Positions 37,827-47,497 are shown, counted from the stretch's first letter. The stretch: DNA of 64,000 nucleotides from Candidatus Nanohaloarchaea archaeon (GCA_042218325.1 JBDGRE010000001.1:68356-132355), one strand, 5' to 3'. Notes: generated by a model from the letters alone, not told the origin. A program made the numbers and translations.

Positions 37827-38183
37827 CTAGAACCGGATGCTTTTGCGTATACCTGCCTTGTTCGGGTTCGGTTCGACGAGTTCGTACGCGCTGTCTTTTA
37901 TCTCGGCGAACCGTCCGCAGGAAGGACATTTCTCGTAGCCGGAGTGTTCGCCCTTTACCGTCCGGGAGTGGCCGCATCCTCCGCACTCCATCTTCGTATC
38001 CATGGTCTCGACGTCGAGGTCTATACGCTCGAGTATGGTGCCTCGTGAGAAGTGTTCGAATATCGTCTCGAAAGCCTCCGGCTCGCACAGGTTACGGTTG
38101 ACCCTGATCCTCGCTGAACCGTTTGTCGATATCCGGGAAAGGTCCTGCATCGCTTTTATGACTGCGTTTCCGACTTTGTCCAT
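37827..38183 (-). CDS. HypA-like zinc-ribbon protein
   Basis: EPEAFETIFEHFSRGTILE, CxxC...CPxCG; lacks the N-terminal MHE. Confidence 0.6.
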   Translation of the reverse strand: MDKVGNAVIKAMQDLSRISTNGSARIRVNRNLCEPEAFETIFEHFSRGTILERIDLDVETMDTKMECGGCGHSRTVKGEHSGYEKCPSCGRFAEIKDSAYELVEPNPNKAGIRKSIRF

Positions 38184-38217
38184 TCCTTGAGACCTCTCAT
38201 ACTCCTTCCCCCTAAAG

Positions 38218-38709
38218 CTACCCTTTTCTACAACCTTTATTTAACTTAATGGACAGGGCCTGAATAGCCGGGAAAGTTTTTGAACGCGTTTTAACTTTTT
38301 TGAACAGTTGTGTACTCTTTTTGACGTACATAGCGGTTAAAGAGGCGGCTATTATGGCTGAATTCGCCTTAAGACTGTAGGCTGATGTCAGGCTGAGCGC
38401 AAAATCGGACATGAACGGGAAAAAGAGCGGAACGCCGGAGGTAGTGAGGAGGTCGAGGAACAGGTGTGAGTTGTAGGCCAGCATGCAGCTCTCGGCCGAG
38501 ATCCTGTCCTCGGTGTAGACGTAGACGAGCCCGGAGAAGACTGCTGCCGCGAGGAAGGTGTGCATTATGCCGCGGTGGGTGAACGGGTAAAGGAAGTCAA
38601 GGGTTATGTCGAAATCAGGGGCTATAGCGAAAGCAGACGAAGTTACGAGCCTTCTTTCGAGTATGTAGGCCACAGCAAGCCCGAAAGCGAAGTGGGCGAC
38701 CGTAATCAT
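38218..38709 (-). CDS. Membrane-bound metal-dependent hydrolase (YdjM-like)
   Basis: H...PDFD, HRGIMHT, SHLFLDLLT.SGVPLFFP. Confidence 0.8.
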   Translation of the reverse strand: MITVAHFAFGLAVAYILERRLVTSSAFAIAPDFDITLDFLYPFTHRGIMHTFLAAAVFSGLVYVYTEDRISAESCMLAYNSHLFLDLLTTSGVPLFFPFMSDFALSLTSAYSLKANSAIIAASLTAMYVKKSTQLFKKVKTRSKTFPAIQALSIKLNKGCRKG

Positions 38710-38792
38710 GTTTCTGGGTTATGAAGAGTCGGATTTAAACTTCAGCGAGAAACTTTTCCAGCTCACGGCGGAGGGTGAGATATTATCGAGAA

Positions 38793-38815
38793 TAGCGGGG
38801 CGTGGATTTGAACCA
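38793..38815 (-). repeat. Exact 23-bp duplicate of the tRNA-iMet 3' end
   Basis: TAGCGGGGCGTGGATTTGAACCA at both 38793 and 38862. Confidence 0.85.
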
Positions 38816-38861
38816 TCCGAAAATCGGAGATTTTCTTGGAGTTTCAAATCCGGATAGAGCT

Positions 38862-38936
38862 TAGCGGGGCGTGGATTTGAACCACGGACCTCCGGGTTAT
38901 GAGCCCGACGAGCACTCCTGGCTGCTCTACCCCGCT
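38862..38936 (-). tRNA. Initiator tRNA-Met(CAT)
   Basis: AGCGGGG...CCCCGCTA with A1-U72 pair and three G-C pairs in the anticodon stem. Confidence 0.95.
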
Positions 38937-39023
38937 GTAAAACCTATACCATTCACTGGCCTGCCAGTTTTTTAAACCATCCATCGGCCTGCTCCCGGAA
39001 AATTGATATAGGTCGGAGGACAT

Positions 39024-39893
39024 ATGTTAGTCTTGATGAGTACTGACACGGGAAGTAAGGAGGCGCCAGCGGACGAAGAGGAACTGGTCGATTTTATGAG
39101 ACGGCTTGATATAGAGCAGGAACCTGTTACAGGGGGCGCCCTGGTCGGCAGTTCTGGCGGTGATAGACCTGCGCGCACCATCGAGGCTGATTCCACGGAT
39201 TTCAGGGCAGTCGTTGACAACCTCGACCGCATAGACAGCGGAACGGTAGAGAAGATGCTCTACCACTTCAGGGGTTACTCTGGTGGCACTGATTACGCTG
39301 TTTTCCTGCCCGATGAGGTATCGGACAGGGTGTTAGGAGATGATGAGTTCGATCTACCGTTCATCTCGGCTGTAGAGGGGAGAGGTGTCTTGCTCGGTCG
39401 TGCGCGTGACCCGGCCCAGCTGCAGGGCTTACTTGCAGGGAACAATTTTGATGAGGTCTACGACTACATAGAGTCGGAGGTCTTCGATGAAGGCATGCTT
39501 TTGTTCGTCCCGGGCGGGCAGAAGGGCTTGGAGGAGGCTCCTTGGGCTGGCAGGCGGGCCTACATGTTGAACCATCCGTATTCGGTTATGTCCTCGATGG
39601 AGAACGTAAAACAGGACGCGGGAGAAGCCCGTGGCGCAGAATGGCTTGGTCCGGAGGCCCGGGAATCCGAGTTCGAGGCCGACGGTTCAAGGATAGTGAA
39701 GACGGTCGAGTTCTACCCTGGTGCGGACTACGACAGGGTAAAGGCCCGCGACCGCACCAGCGGGGTGAAAGTCTACGGTGACGGCGAGCATATCGCCATG
39801 TACGACGGTTTCGATCTCATAGGGAGCCGGCGCGAGAGGGAAAGAATCGGGGATGAACCGGTGTTCTTCGAGATGGAGAAGGAACAGGAATAA
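39024..39893 (+). CDS. Hypothetical protein
   Basis: Long acidic ORF. Confidence 0.65.
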   Translation: MLVLMSTDTGSKEAPADEEELVDFMRRLDIEQEPVTGGALVGSSGGDRPARTIEADSTDFRAVVDNLDRIDSGTVEKMLYHFRGYSGGTDYAVFLPDEVSDRVLGDDEFDLPFISAVEGRGVLLGRARDPAQLQGLLAGNNFDEVYDYIESEVFDEGMLLFVPGGQKGLEEAPWAGRRAYMLNHPYSVMSSMENVKQDAGEARGAEWLGPEARESEFEADGSRIVKTVEFYPGADYDRVKARDRTSGVKVYGDGEHIAMYDGFDLIGSRRERERIGDEPVFFEMEKEQE

Positions 39894-39920
39894 TAACTGT
39901 TGGCGGCCCACGATACTCCT

Positions 39921-40583
39921 ATGACAAAGATTCTCGGTATCGATGAGGCGGGAAGAGGGCCGGTCATAGGTTCGATGTTCGTCGGCGGCTTCCTTTTCGA
40001 GGAGGACAGGACCGGGGAACTCGAGGATCTCGGTGTCAAGGACTCGAAGAAACTGTCGGACAGGCGCCGGGACATGATGGATGAGAAGCTGGAGAGCATA
40101 GGCGAGACCTTTCTTAAGGAGGCGACCGCGAGCACCATCGACGAGCTACGGGAGGTCATGACGCTGAACGAGATCGAGGTCCAGGCGTTTTCCGAGGTCA
40201 TAGCGATGTCGGACGCTGACCGGGTCATAGTCGACCTGCCCGAGCCGAACGCGGAGCGCTTCATACGCAAGCTAAAGGACCAGCTGCCGCCACGGTTTGA
40301 GGACGTGGAGTTCGTCGCGGAGCACGGGGCTGACGACGAGTACCCTGTTGTGTCCGCGGCCTCCATACTCGCGAAGAGCGCCCGTGAGCGCCACGTCAGA
40401 GAGCTGAAGGAGAAGTACGGCTTCGACTTCAAGTCAGGTTACCCGCACGACGAAGAGGTCATCGATTTCATGGACCACTACCTCGACGAATACGGCGAGC
40501 TGCCGGACGAGATCAGGCGGTCTTGGAGCACGGCCCAGCGTGTCCTGAAAGAGCATGGCCAGGAAGGCCTCGACGACTTCTGA
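39921..40583 (+). CDS. rnhB: Ribonuclease HII
   Basis: GIDEAGRGPVIG, DSKKL, VSAASILAK, SGYP.D, RRSW. Confidence 0.95.
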   Translation: MTKILGIDEAGRGPVIGSMFVGGFLFEEDRTGELEDLGVKDSKKLSDRRRDMMDEKLESIGETFLKEATASTIDELREVMTLNEIEVQAFSEVIAMSDADRVIVDLPEPNAERFIRKLKDQLPPRFEDVEFVAEHGADDEYPVVSAASILAKSARERHVRELKEKYGFDFKSGYPHDEEVIDFMDHYLDEYGELPDEIRRSWSTAQRVLKEHGQEGLDDF

Positions 40584-40664
40584 ACTACTGTTTTATCTGG
40601 CAAGAGCCTATATGCCTCCGGGCTCTGAATCGGTTTTAAAAGGTTCTTCCGTTACCTCCAAGGT

Positions 40665-41213
40665 ATGATTGCAGCAAAGCTGGCCGAGTCCCGCGTCCGT
40701 ATCACGGATGAGGATGGCGCGAAGGAAGTCTACAGCGACTACTACTACGGCAAGTTCCAGTGCGACGAGGAAGAGGTGCTGGAGCTGTCGCTGTCCGAGG
40801 CCATGCATCTTGTCGACCGCGACGTGATAGAGGTCGAGGGCGCCTCGGGAGAAACCTTCTCGCGGGAAGAGCTTCACGACCGGTTCGTGGAGCTGGACGA
40901 CGAGTTCTCGCACAAGTACAAGGTTTACAGGGACCTGCGAGAGCGGGGCTACATCGTGAAGAGCGGGTTCAAGTTTGGCTCACATTTCCGCGTCTACGAG
41001 GAGGGCGTCAACCCGTACAGCGAGGGACCGAAGCGGCAGAAGCAGCACACCAAGTGGGTGGTGCACGCTGTTCCCGAGAACCACACACTCAGCTTCCAGG
41101 AGATGTCCCGCGCCGTAAGGCTGGCCCACAACATCCGCGCTACGATGCTCTGGGGCGTCGTCGACTCGGAGGGTGGCGTGACCTACTACGAGGTCGAACG
41201 GGCGAAGCCCTGA
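40665..41213 (+). CDS. endA: tRNA-intron endonuclease, single catalytic unit
   Basis: LSLSEAMHL, YKVYRDLRERGYIVKSGFKFGSHFRVY, catalytic His, RLAHNIR. Confidence 0.9.
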   Translation: MIAAKLAESRVRITDEDGAKEVYSDYYYGKFQCDEEEVLELSLSEAMHLVDRDVIEVEGASGETFSREELHDRFVELDDEFSHKYKVYRDLRERGYIVKSGFKFGSHFRVYEEGVNPYSEGPKRQKQHTKWVVHAVPENHTLSFQEMSRAVRLAHNIRATMLWGVVDSEGGVTYYEVERAKP

Positions 41214-41214
41214 A

Positions 41215-41577
41215 TCATCTCAGAGGATTTCTTCCAACTCTGCTAGGATCCATGTAATCGGGAAGGACTGAGATAGACAGCATGTATCTACCTGGTCCTT
41301 CGCGCGGTTCTTCTGACCGTGTTTGTAGTTCTGCCTCACCGCCTTCTGGGTTGCCGAACTGTAGATAGCCTGTCCCCGAATAACCGGTTTCAGGTATTCG
41401 GAATGAGGCTGGAGCTCTGGACAGCATATTTACTCCTTCGGTCTCTGTACGGCCTTCCAGAATTTCAAATGCCCGGTCTTCGTCAAGTATCACCTCTTCC
41501 GGACCTTCGTTCTTTCTTTCCACGCTGTAGAAACGGGTTGAAAGGTTTCTCTCAGAGAGTTCGATTACCATCACCAC
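41215..41577 (-). CDS. Hypothetical protein
   Basis: Acidic ORF behind an AT-rich promoter-like stretch. Confidence 0.5.
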   Translation of the reverse strand: MVMVIELSERNLSTRFYSVERKNEGPEEVILDEDRAFEILEGRTETEGVNMLSRAPASFRIPETGYSGTGYLQFGNPEGGEAELQTRSEEPREGPGRYMLSISVLPDYMDPSRVGRNPLR

Positions 41578-41604
41578 AGTTTTCCTGTTTTATATATAAA
41601 TATC

Positions 41605-42525
41605 TCAGTACCCGAGGAGGTCAAGTACTCCTGTCGACGGTGAGTGTCTCTCCCGCAGCTTCCTCCCGTACCAGACACCTACCACGAGGCCGGTGAGGTG
41701 GGCTGATGGGGCCGAGATCCCGATGAGGGGTATCGAGTAGCCGAGCAGCTTGGTCAGCAGGTTGATGCCTTCCATAACCGCGAACAGCCTGAGTGCGGTC
41801 TGTATCTTCATCGGGATGAAGAAGTACAGCAGGACCTCCGCGTCCGGGTAGAACATGGCGACAGCGGCGAAGACCGCCACGACTGCACCGGAGGCTCCTA
41901 CAGCCGGGCTCAGGACTGTGAGGGCGCCGGGACTGCAGCCTGAGGTGAGGCAGGCTAGGCCCGAGGGATTAAGAAATGCTATAAGGTTCTGGAGTACGAT
42001 GAAACCGATGCTCGCGACGACGCCGGAGCCGACATATAACTTGAATAGGCCCTGCGTGCCAATTATCCTCTCGAGCGGGGTGCCGAAGAAGTAGAAGGTC
42101 ACCATGTTGGCGAAGATGTGGAAAAGCCCGCCGTGGACCAGCATCACGGTGATTATCGACCAGGGCCGCTGCACCAGCTCGCCGACGGCAGGGTCGAGGA
42201 GCATCATCTCCGTGAAGCCGGGAACCATCTGCAGGAGGAACGCGAATACTGTAACTGTTATTATCGATAGCGTGGCGCTGTTCGTGAAGGTCGAGATTAT
42301 GTCCCGTGCCATCGATGGTTTCCGGGGTTCGGAGGGCTTCACCTCGTTCCTGACTTCTTTCTCCTGGAACCATTTGCCCTGCTGTTCTCTCTTCTTCTCC
42401 ACTTCCTCGTCGAGTTTCTCGCAGTCGTGGTTCTCGGGCAGCCGGTGCTCGGCGCAGTATTTCTTGCCGCAGTACCTGCATGTGAAGGACATCGAGTCCT
42501 TGCCGCACTCGGAGCACTCGGCCAT
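41605..42525 (-). CDS. Rhomboid protease with N-terminal AN1 zinc finger
   Basis: CRYCGKKYCAEHRLPENHDC; HIFANM, GASG, AHLTG. Confidence 0.92.
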   Translation of the reverse strand: MAECSECGKDSMSFTCRYCGKKYCAEHRLPENHDCEKLDEEVEKKREQQGKWFQEKEVRNEVKPSEPRKPSMARDIISTFTNSATLSIITVTVFAFLLQMVPGFTEMMLLDPAVGELVQRPWSIITVMLVHGGLFHIFANMVTFYFFGTPLERIIGTQGLFKLYVGSGVVASIGFIVLQNLIAFLNPSGLACLTSGCSPGALTVLSPAVGASGAVVAVFAAVAMFYPDAEVLLYFFIPMKIQTALRLFAVMEGINLLTKLLGYSIPLIGISAPSAHLTGLVVGVWYGRKLRERHSPSTGVLDLLGY

Positions 42526-42623
42526 AGGTTAAGTTGCGGACCGGTTTTTATCAAGCTGCGACCGGCCACAACGTCAACCTGTTTAAACCTGTAGCCGGAA
42601 AACCGTCACAGGTGATTAACTCT

Positions 42624-43037
42624 ATGACATCTGAACTCGCATTACTTGTCGGCCGCGTCCTTTTCGGTGGCTACTTCGCCCTGATGGGCGTCAACCACTT
42701 CCTGAGAACCGGACAGCTGGCCGGCTGGGCCGAATCCAAGGGTGCGCCCGCCGCGGAAGCGCTGGTGTACCTTTCAGGACTGATGCTTCTCGCGGGAGGC
42801 ATGGGCATCGCAGCCGCAGCCTACCCGGCGGTCAGTCTCGGCCTTGTAGGGGTCTTCCTCGCCGTCGTTACGCCGTGGTTCCACGACTTCTGGAGCCACG
42901 AGGGCGAGGAGAAACAGCAGCAGATGACCCACTTCCTTAAGAACCTCGCGCTCTTCGGCGCGGTTTTGGTCCTTTACGGGGCCGGGGCAGCGGTCTTCGG
43001 GCCGTACTCCGCCGGTGTGGGTCTCGGCCTGCTGTAG
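42624..43037 (+). CDS. DoxX family membrane protein
   Basis: GRVLFGGYF..GVNHF, HDFW, FLKNLALFG. Confidence 0.85.
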   Translation: MTSELALLVGRVLFGGYFALMGVNHFLRTGQLAGWAESKGAPAAEALVYLSGLMLLAGGMGIAAAAYPAVSLGLVGVFLAVVTPWFHDFWSHEGEEKQQQMTHFLKNLALFGAVLVLYGAGAAVFGPYSAGVGLGLL

Positions 43038-43141
43038 GAATCGCTCCTCCATCTTTTCTTCTTTTTTCTCGTACGCTTACGCGCGGCGTGCCGGTCTCCG
43101 GCGGATAAAGGGTCTAAGATGCCGTCTGCAAGCTTTTCTTT

Positions 43142-43621
43142 ATGAGAGGATTCCCCCACGGTGTTTTACTGTCGGGCATCGTACTCTCTTTCATAGCTGG
43201 CTCCGCGGGGCTCTTCGCGGCAGGTGCTTTCGACCCGGCGGAAAACGCGAACGAATCCGATCTGGTCGTGCACGGCGAGGTTGTTTACATCGGCCAGGCG
43301 GGGTACATCCCGTTGCGGGGTACCGAGATATCGCATCCCGTGACAGTCAGGGTGAACGAGACCTTCAAGGGTGAGGCCCGCGGCTCGGTCACTTTCCGGG
43401 TGGCTGGTGGCACGATACCCGGCGTCCGCGGAGTCCACGTCTCCACGGCACCGGATTTCGAGAGAGGCGAGGAGGTCGTGGTCATGCTCCAGCGTTCGGA
43501 GACCGGCTACATGGTCACGAGAGGAGAGCCCGGCAAGTACGAAGTGGTGAACGGTCGTAACTGTCCCGGGCCCGGAAGAAAGGAACCTGGCGGTCTACCG
43601 GCTGGAGTCGATAGTGCGTAA
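43142..43621 (+). CDS. Hypothetical exported protein
   Basis: N-terminal hydrophobic segment; SDLVVHGEV...GGT...PDFERGEEVVVML. Confidence 0.6.
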   Translation: MRGFPHGVLLSGIVLSFIAGSAGLFAAGAFDPAENANESDLVVHGEVVYIGQAGYIPLRGTEISHPVTVRVNETFKGEARGSVTFRVAGGTIPGVRGVHVSTAPDFERGEEVVVMLQRSETGYMVTRGEPGKYEVVNGRNCPGPGRKEPGGLPAGVDSA

Positions 43622-43734
43622 CACGAGTTCCGGTGACACCAATCGGCCGACACAGAAAGAAGGGGTGTCGGGTGGAAGGACCATCCTGGCGCCGCTTTCG
43701 GGGCTTTTCGACTGGTTGACAGGTCTCCTCTAGA

Positions 43735-45471
43735 TTACAGCTCTCCGAGTCCCGCGCCCTGCATGAACCCCTGTATCTTCTGCTCCAGCTCCTCAACGGG
43801 CACTCTTACCTGCTCCGTCGAGTCCCTGTCCCTCAGCGTGACGGTGCCATCCTCTAGGGTCTCGTGGTCCACGGTGACGCAGAGCGGGGTCCCGATCTCG
43901 TCCTGTCTCCGGTACCTCCGGCCTATCGCGCCCGAGTCATCGTAGTCGACCGAGAAGCCTGCGGCCCTCAGCGACTCCGCTACTTCTTCCGCTTTCTCCC
44001 CCATACCGTCCTTATCCATAAGCGGGAAAACCGCGACCTCTACCGGTGCGACATCCGGTTCGAGCCTGAGAACTGTTCGTTGCTCGCCGTCGACCTCGTC
44101 TTCTTCGAGGCTGTGGTCGAGGACAGTGTAGAACAGCCGCCCGATACCGAACGACGGCTCGACCACTGCGGCCATGATGTTCTCGCCGTTGATGGTTTTC
44201 TCCACCTCCTCTCTTTCTATCCAGTCTGTGTCGACATCGAAGACCTCGCCGTTCAAGTCTACCTCCAGCGTGTCCTGGTCCAGCAGGCTGGGATGGTCCT
44301 TGACGCTTTCTTCCACGGCCTCCGCGACATCGCCTGCGTCGGAGCCGAACTCCGGCCCGAGTTCGCCCATGTCGACCGAGACATCGACTACCTCTTCTTC
44401 CCGCGGCTCGTCGTACTCGCGGAAGACGGTGAAGTCCTCGCCCGAGTGCTCTTGGTGGTTCTTGAGGTCGTAGCAGCCGCGGTACGCGAAACCGGCGAGT
44501 TCCACCCATGTTCCCGCGGTGTAGGCCTCGGCGTCCCAGCAGTCGCTGGCGTAGTGCGAGAGCTCGTCCTCCTGGTGCTGCCGGAACCTGAACTTGTCCA
44601 TGTTGACGCCGACCTTCTCGTACCACCGCTTCGAGATGCCGACGTAGTAGGCGACCCAGTCGCTCGCGATTATATCCTTCTCGACGGCCTCGCCGACGGT
44701 CGTGACTATCTCTTCGCCGCCTCCTCTGTCCTGCTCGCTGCGCGGGTAGAGCGTGACCTTTACGTCCTCGACTTTCTCGAGTCCGGGTTCGTCTCTCTCC
44801 GGGTCGATGAAATGCTCGAGCTCGGCCTGTGTGAACTCCCGGACCCTGACCAGTGATTTACGCGGCGATATCTCGTTCCTGTACGCCTTGCCTACCTGGG
44901 TTATGCCGAACGGCAGCTGGTTGCGGGCGTACTCCTTCAGCTGCGGGAACTCCACGAAGATGCCCTGCGCCGTCTCCGGCCGGAGGTAGCCGGGCGAGGA
45001 GTCACCGGGGCCGATGTTGGTCGAGAACATCAGGTTGAAGTCGTCGACTTCTTCTCCCGCCAGTGCTTCACCGCAGTCCGGGCACTGTATGTCCTCGTCG
45101 GAGATGATTTCCATTATCCTCTCCGTGGAGAATGCCTCCGCCTCCTCCACTTCTGTATTATCCTCTACGAGGTGATCGGCGCGGTGCGACTTCCCGCATC
45201 CCGGGCATTCGATTATCATGTCGTCGAACGTCTCGAGGTGGCCGGATGCCTCGAAAACCGCCTCGGGCATCACTGTAGGCGCATCGATTTCCCGGTGGCC
45301 TTCCCTGTACGTGAACCTCTCGCGCCACTCGTCCTCGATATTACTCTTCATCGGGGCTCCGCGCGGGCCGTACGTGTAGAACCCGGCGGTACCGCCATAT
45401 ATCTCGTTCGAGGGCAAAAAGAATCCGCGCCTCTTCGCGAGTTCCGTGACTTCTCCCGTGTCGTCTGTCAT
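43735..45471 (-). CDS. glyS: Glycyl-tRNA synthetase (alpha2 type)
   Basis: LRPETAQG, RNEISPR, REFTQAE, EPSFGIGR, IGRRYRRQDEIG. Confidence 0.96.
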   Translation of the reverse strand: MTDDTGEVTELAKRRGFFLPSNEIYGGTAGFYTYGPRGAPMKSNIEDEWRERFTYREGHREIDAPTVMPEAVFEASGHLETFDDMIIECPGCGKSHRADHLVEDNTEVEEAEAFSTERIMEIISDEDIQCPDCGEALAGEEVDDFNLMFSTNIGPGDSSPGYLRPETAQGIFVEFPQLKEYARNQLPFGITQVGKAYRNEISPRKSLVRVREFTQAELEHFIDPERDEPGLEKVEDVKVTLYPRSEQDRGGGEEIVTTVGEAVEKDIIASDWVAYYVGISKRWYEKVGVNMDKFRFRQHQEDELSHYASDCWDAEAYTAGTWVELAGFAYRGCYDLKNHQEHSGEDFTVFREYDEPREEEVVDVSVDMGELGPEFGSDAGDVAEAVEESVKDHPSLLDQDTLEVDLNGEVFDVDTDWIEREEVEKTINGENIMAAVVEPSFGIGRLFYTVLDHSLEEDEVDGEQRTVLRLEPDVAPVEVAVFPLMDKDGMGEKAEEVAESLRAAGFSVDYDDSGAIGRRYRRQDEIGTPLCVTVDHETLEDGTVTLRDRDSTEQVRVPVEELEQKIQGFMQGAGLGEL

Positions 45472-45585
45472 GGGAGACAGTTCGGAGAGTATCTTTTAGA
45501 AAGAACGGTTTTGAGGCTCGAGAAAGTTTCAGTAACGGCTGTGGGAGGCTCCAAAATGTCCACCTTTGGTTGGTTCACAGCACAT
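45468..45585 (-). promoter_or_regulatory. glyS leader: uORF 45529-45585 with putative +1 shift site TTT-GGA; +1 frame ends on glyS ATGA
   Basis: MCCEPTKGGHFG...; AAA GGT GGA CAT TTT GGA at 45567-45550; +1 frame open 27 codons to TGA 45470-45468. Confidence 0.75.
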
Positions 45586-45640
45586 GCCTGTAACCGGGCC
45601 TCGAAGTTTTTTATGAGTTCGTGGGCTCGGCGGGATAATC

Positions 45641-46201
45641 ATGGCGGAAGACGTAGTCCTCGTGGGCGGCGACGGTGTCGACGAGAACTTCCCCGCGGTC
45701 CTGGAACCGCGTCGGGCTCTCGAGGAAGAAGGCTACAGCGTGGATGTGATCGAGCTCTACAGGGGTTTCGAGCAGGCAGTGGAGGAAGACGGCTCGGTAC
45801 CGGAGATCGAGAGCCGTATAGAGGCCGGGACCCACCTCGTGGGTTACTGTGCAGGAGGCGTTCTCGCGTACCAGTACATAGATCACCCGGACGTGCTCTC
45901 CTTCACAGGCTACGATGTTCCGTCGGGTCTAAGGGTCGAAGACAGGGAGCTCCGGGTCGACGAGCCCGTTGACAGGGAGGACATCTTCTTGATATACGCC
46001 GGCGAGATAGGGGGGCGGCTCGAGGGCAGTTTCGCCGGGGCCGAGGTGAAAGATACCGGTCACGGATTCGACGGCAGGGAGCAGGAACTGGCGAGGGCCG
46101 TGCTGCACGGTCTTGAACACCATTCCGGTATAGGTCTTGAAGATCTGTCGGAAAGGGCGCTTGAACAGGGAGTATCTATCTTCCGGGGGCTCCGGAGATA
46201 A
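45641..46201 (+). CDS. Alpha/beta-hydrolase-like protein
   Basis: LVGYCAGG nucleophile elbow and GHGF, dienelactone-hydrolase-like. Confidence 0.55.
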   Translation: MAEDVVLVGGDGVDENFPAVLEPRRALEEEGYSVDVIELYRGFEQAVEEDGSVPEIESRIEAGTHLVGYCAGGVLAYQYIDHPDVLSFTGYDVPSGLRVEDRELRVDEPVDREDIFLIYAGEIGGRLEGSFAGAEVKDTGHGFDGREQELARAVLHGLEHHSGIGLEDLSERALEQGVSIFRGLRR

Positions 46202-46291
46202 AACCGGCTGCGCGCCTGTTGAGACCTATGGCCGCGGTCTGGAAACCTTAAAAACCTGCCAGGATAATACTTCGTAATATGAGGGATTTCT

Positions 46292-47461
46292 ATGAGAGGG
46301 CTTGAAGAAGCAGAGCTGGAGGGAAAGAAAGTCATCCTTAGAACCGATCTCAACCTGCCGGTGGAGGACGGAGAGCCGCAGAAGACCGTCAGGTTCGAGC
46401 GCTACATGGAGACTGTCAGAAAGTTAAGCTATAAAGGGGCGAGAACGATGATAATAGCACACCAGGGCCGCCCCGCCAGGAAAGACTTCCTATCCCTGGA
46501 AAGACACGCCGAACATGTCTCCGGCGCGCTAGAGAAGGACGTCAACTTCGTCCAGAGCTTCTTCGGGCCCGAGCTCGGGGACGCGGTGGCTTCGATGGAA
46601 GACGGTGACGTCTGCCTCCTGGAGAACGTCCGTTTCCTCTCGGAAGAGCTGCAGAACGTCTCGCCCGAGAGACACGCTGAAGACTACTTCGTGAGCAACA
46701 TGGCCTGTTACTTTGATGTTTTCGTTGACGACGCTTTCTCCGCCGCCCACCGCTCGCACGCATCCATTGTCGGCTTCGCGCCGCTGCTCGATTCCTACGC
46801 GGGCCCGGTGATGCAGCGCGAGCTGGAGAACGGCAGGAGGGTGAGGGATGAGCTCGAAGATCCGCTTCTCGTGCTCGGCGGGGAAAAACCGGCCGACCTG
46901 ATAGGTATGATGGAACAGATGATAGACCGTGCGGACAAGGTGCTTCTCGCCGGCATCCCTGGAGAACTGGCATTGACACTGCGAGGTGAAGAGCTAGGAG
47001 AGAAGAACGACTGGATAGAGGAACAGGGCTTCGATTCAAGGGCTGGCGAACTAAAGGAGCTGCTGGACGAACACTCTGACAAGATCGTACTGCCGCAGGA
47101 CCTGAGGACAGGGTCCGGCAGCCACAGGGTCGGCGATGTACCTACGGATGAGATGACCTGGGACATAGGACAGGAAACACAGGAAAGATTCGTAGAGGAG
47201 ATAGAGGAGGCGGACTCGGTGCTGATGAAGGGTCCGATGGGTGCGTTCGACGAGGGCCACGAGGAAGGGACTCGTGCTATCGTCGACGCCATAGCCTCGA
47301 GCGATGGCTTCACGGTGCTCGGCGGAGGCCACACCTCATCGCTGGTTCACAGGTTCGACCACGCGCTGGAAGATTTCTCCCACGTCTCTATCGCCGGAGG
47401 AGCCTTCGTAAGGTACATGTCGGGCGAGGACCTCCCTGCGGTGGAGGCACTCAAGGACTGA
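46292..47461 (+). CDS. pgk: Phosphoglycerate kinase
   Basis: RTDLNLP, AHQGRP, LLENVRF, AFSAAHRSHAS, GPMG.F, GGGH, IAGGA. Confidence 0.93.
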   Translation: MRGLEEAELEGKKVILRTDLNLPVEDGEPQKTVRFERYMETVRKLSYKGARTMIIAHQGRPARKDFLSLERHAEHVSGALEKDVNFVQSFFGPELGDAVASMEDGDVCLLENVRFLSEELQNVSPERHAEDYFVSNMACYFDVFVDDAFSAAHRSHASIVGFAPLLDSYAGPVMQRELENGRRVRDELEDPLLVLGGEKPADLIGMMEQMIDRADKVLLAGIPGELALTLRGEELGEKNDWIEEQGFDSRAGELKELLDEHSDKIVLPQDLRTGSGSHRVGDVPTDEMTWDIGQETQERFVEEIEEADSVLMKGPMGAFDEGHEEGTRAIVDAIASSDGFTVLGGGHTSSLVHRFDHALEDFSHVSIAGGAFVRYMSGEDLPAVEALKD

Positions 47462-47497
47462 CATGGATATTTCAATCCGGCGGGAGAGTTATCTTGT

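Noticed and set aside
42974-43159. Basic peptide RKRTRKKKKRWR resembling eL41
   Set aside because: No suitable start, overlaps genes on the opposite strand, and mirrors a pyrimidine-rich terminator-like tract
43622-43734. Hairpins and GGGTGGAAGG between convergent genes
   Set aside because: No TTT shift codon and no recognisable ncRNA boxes; could be terminator structure
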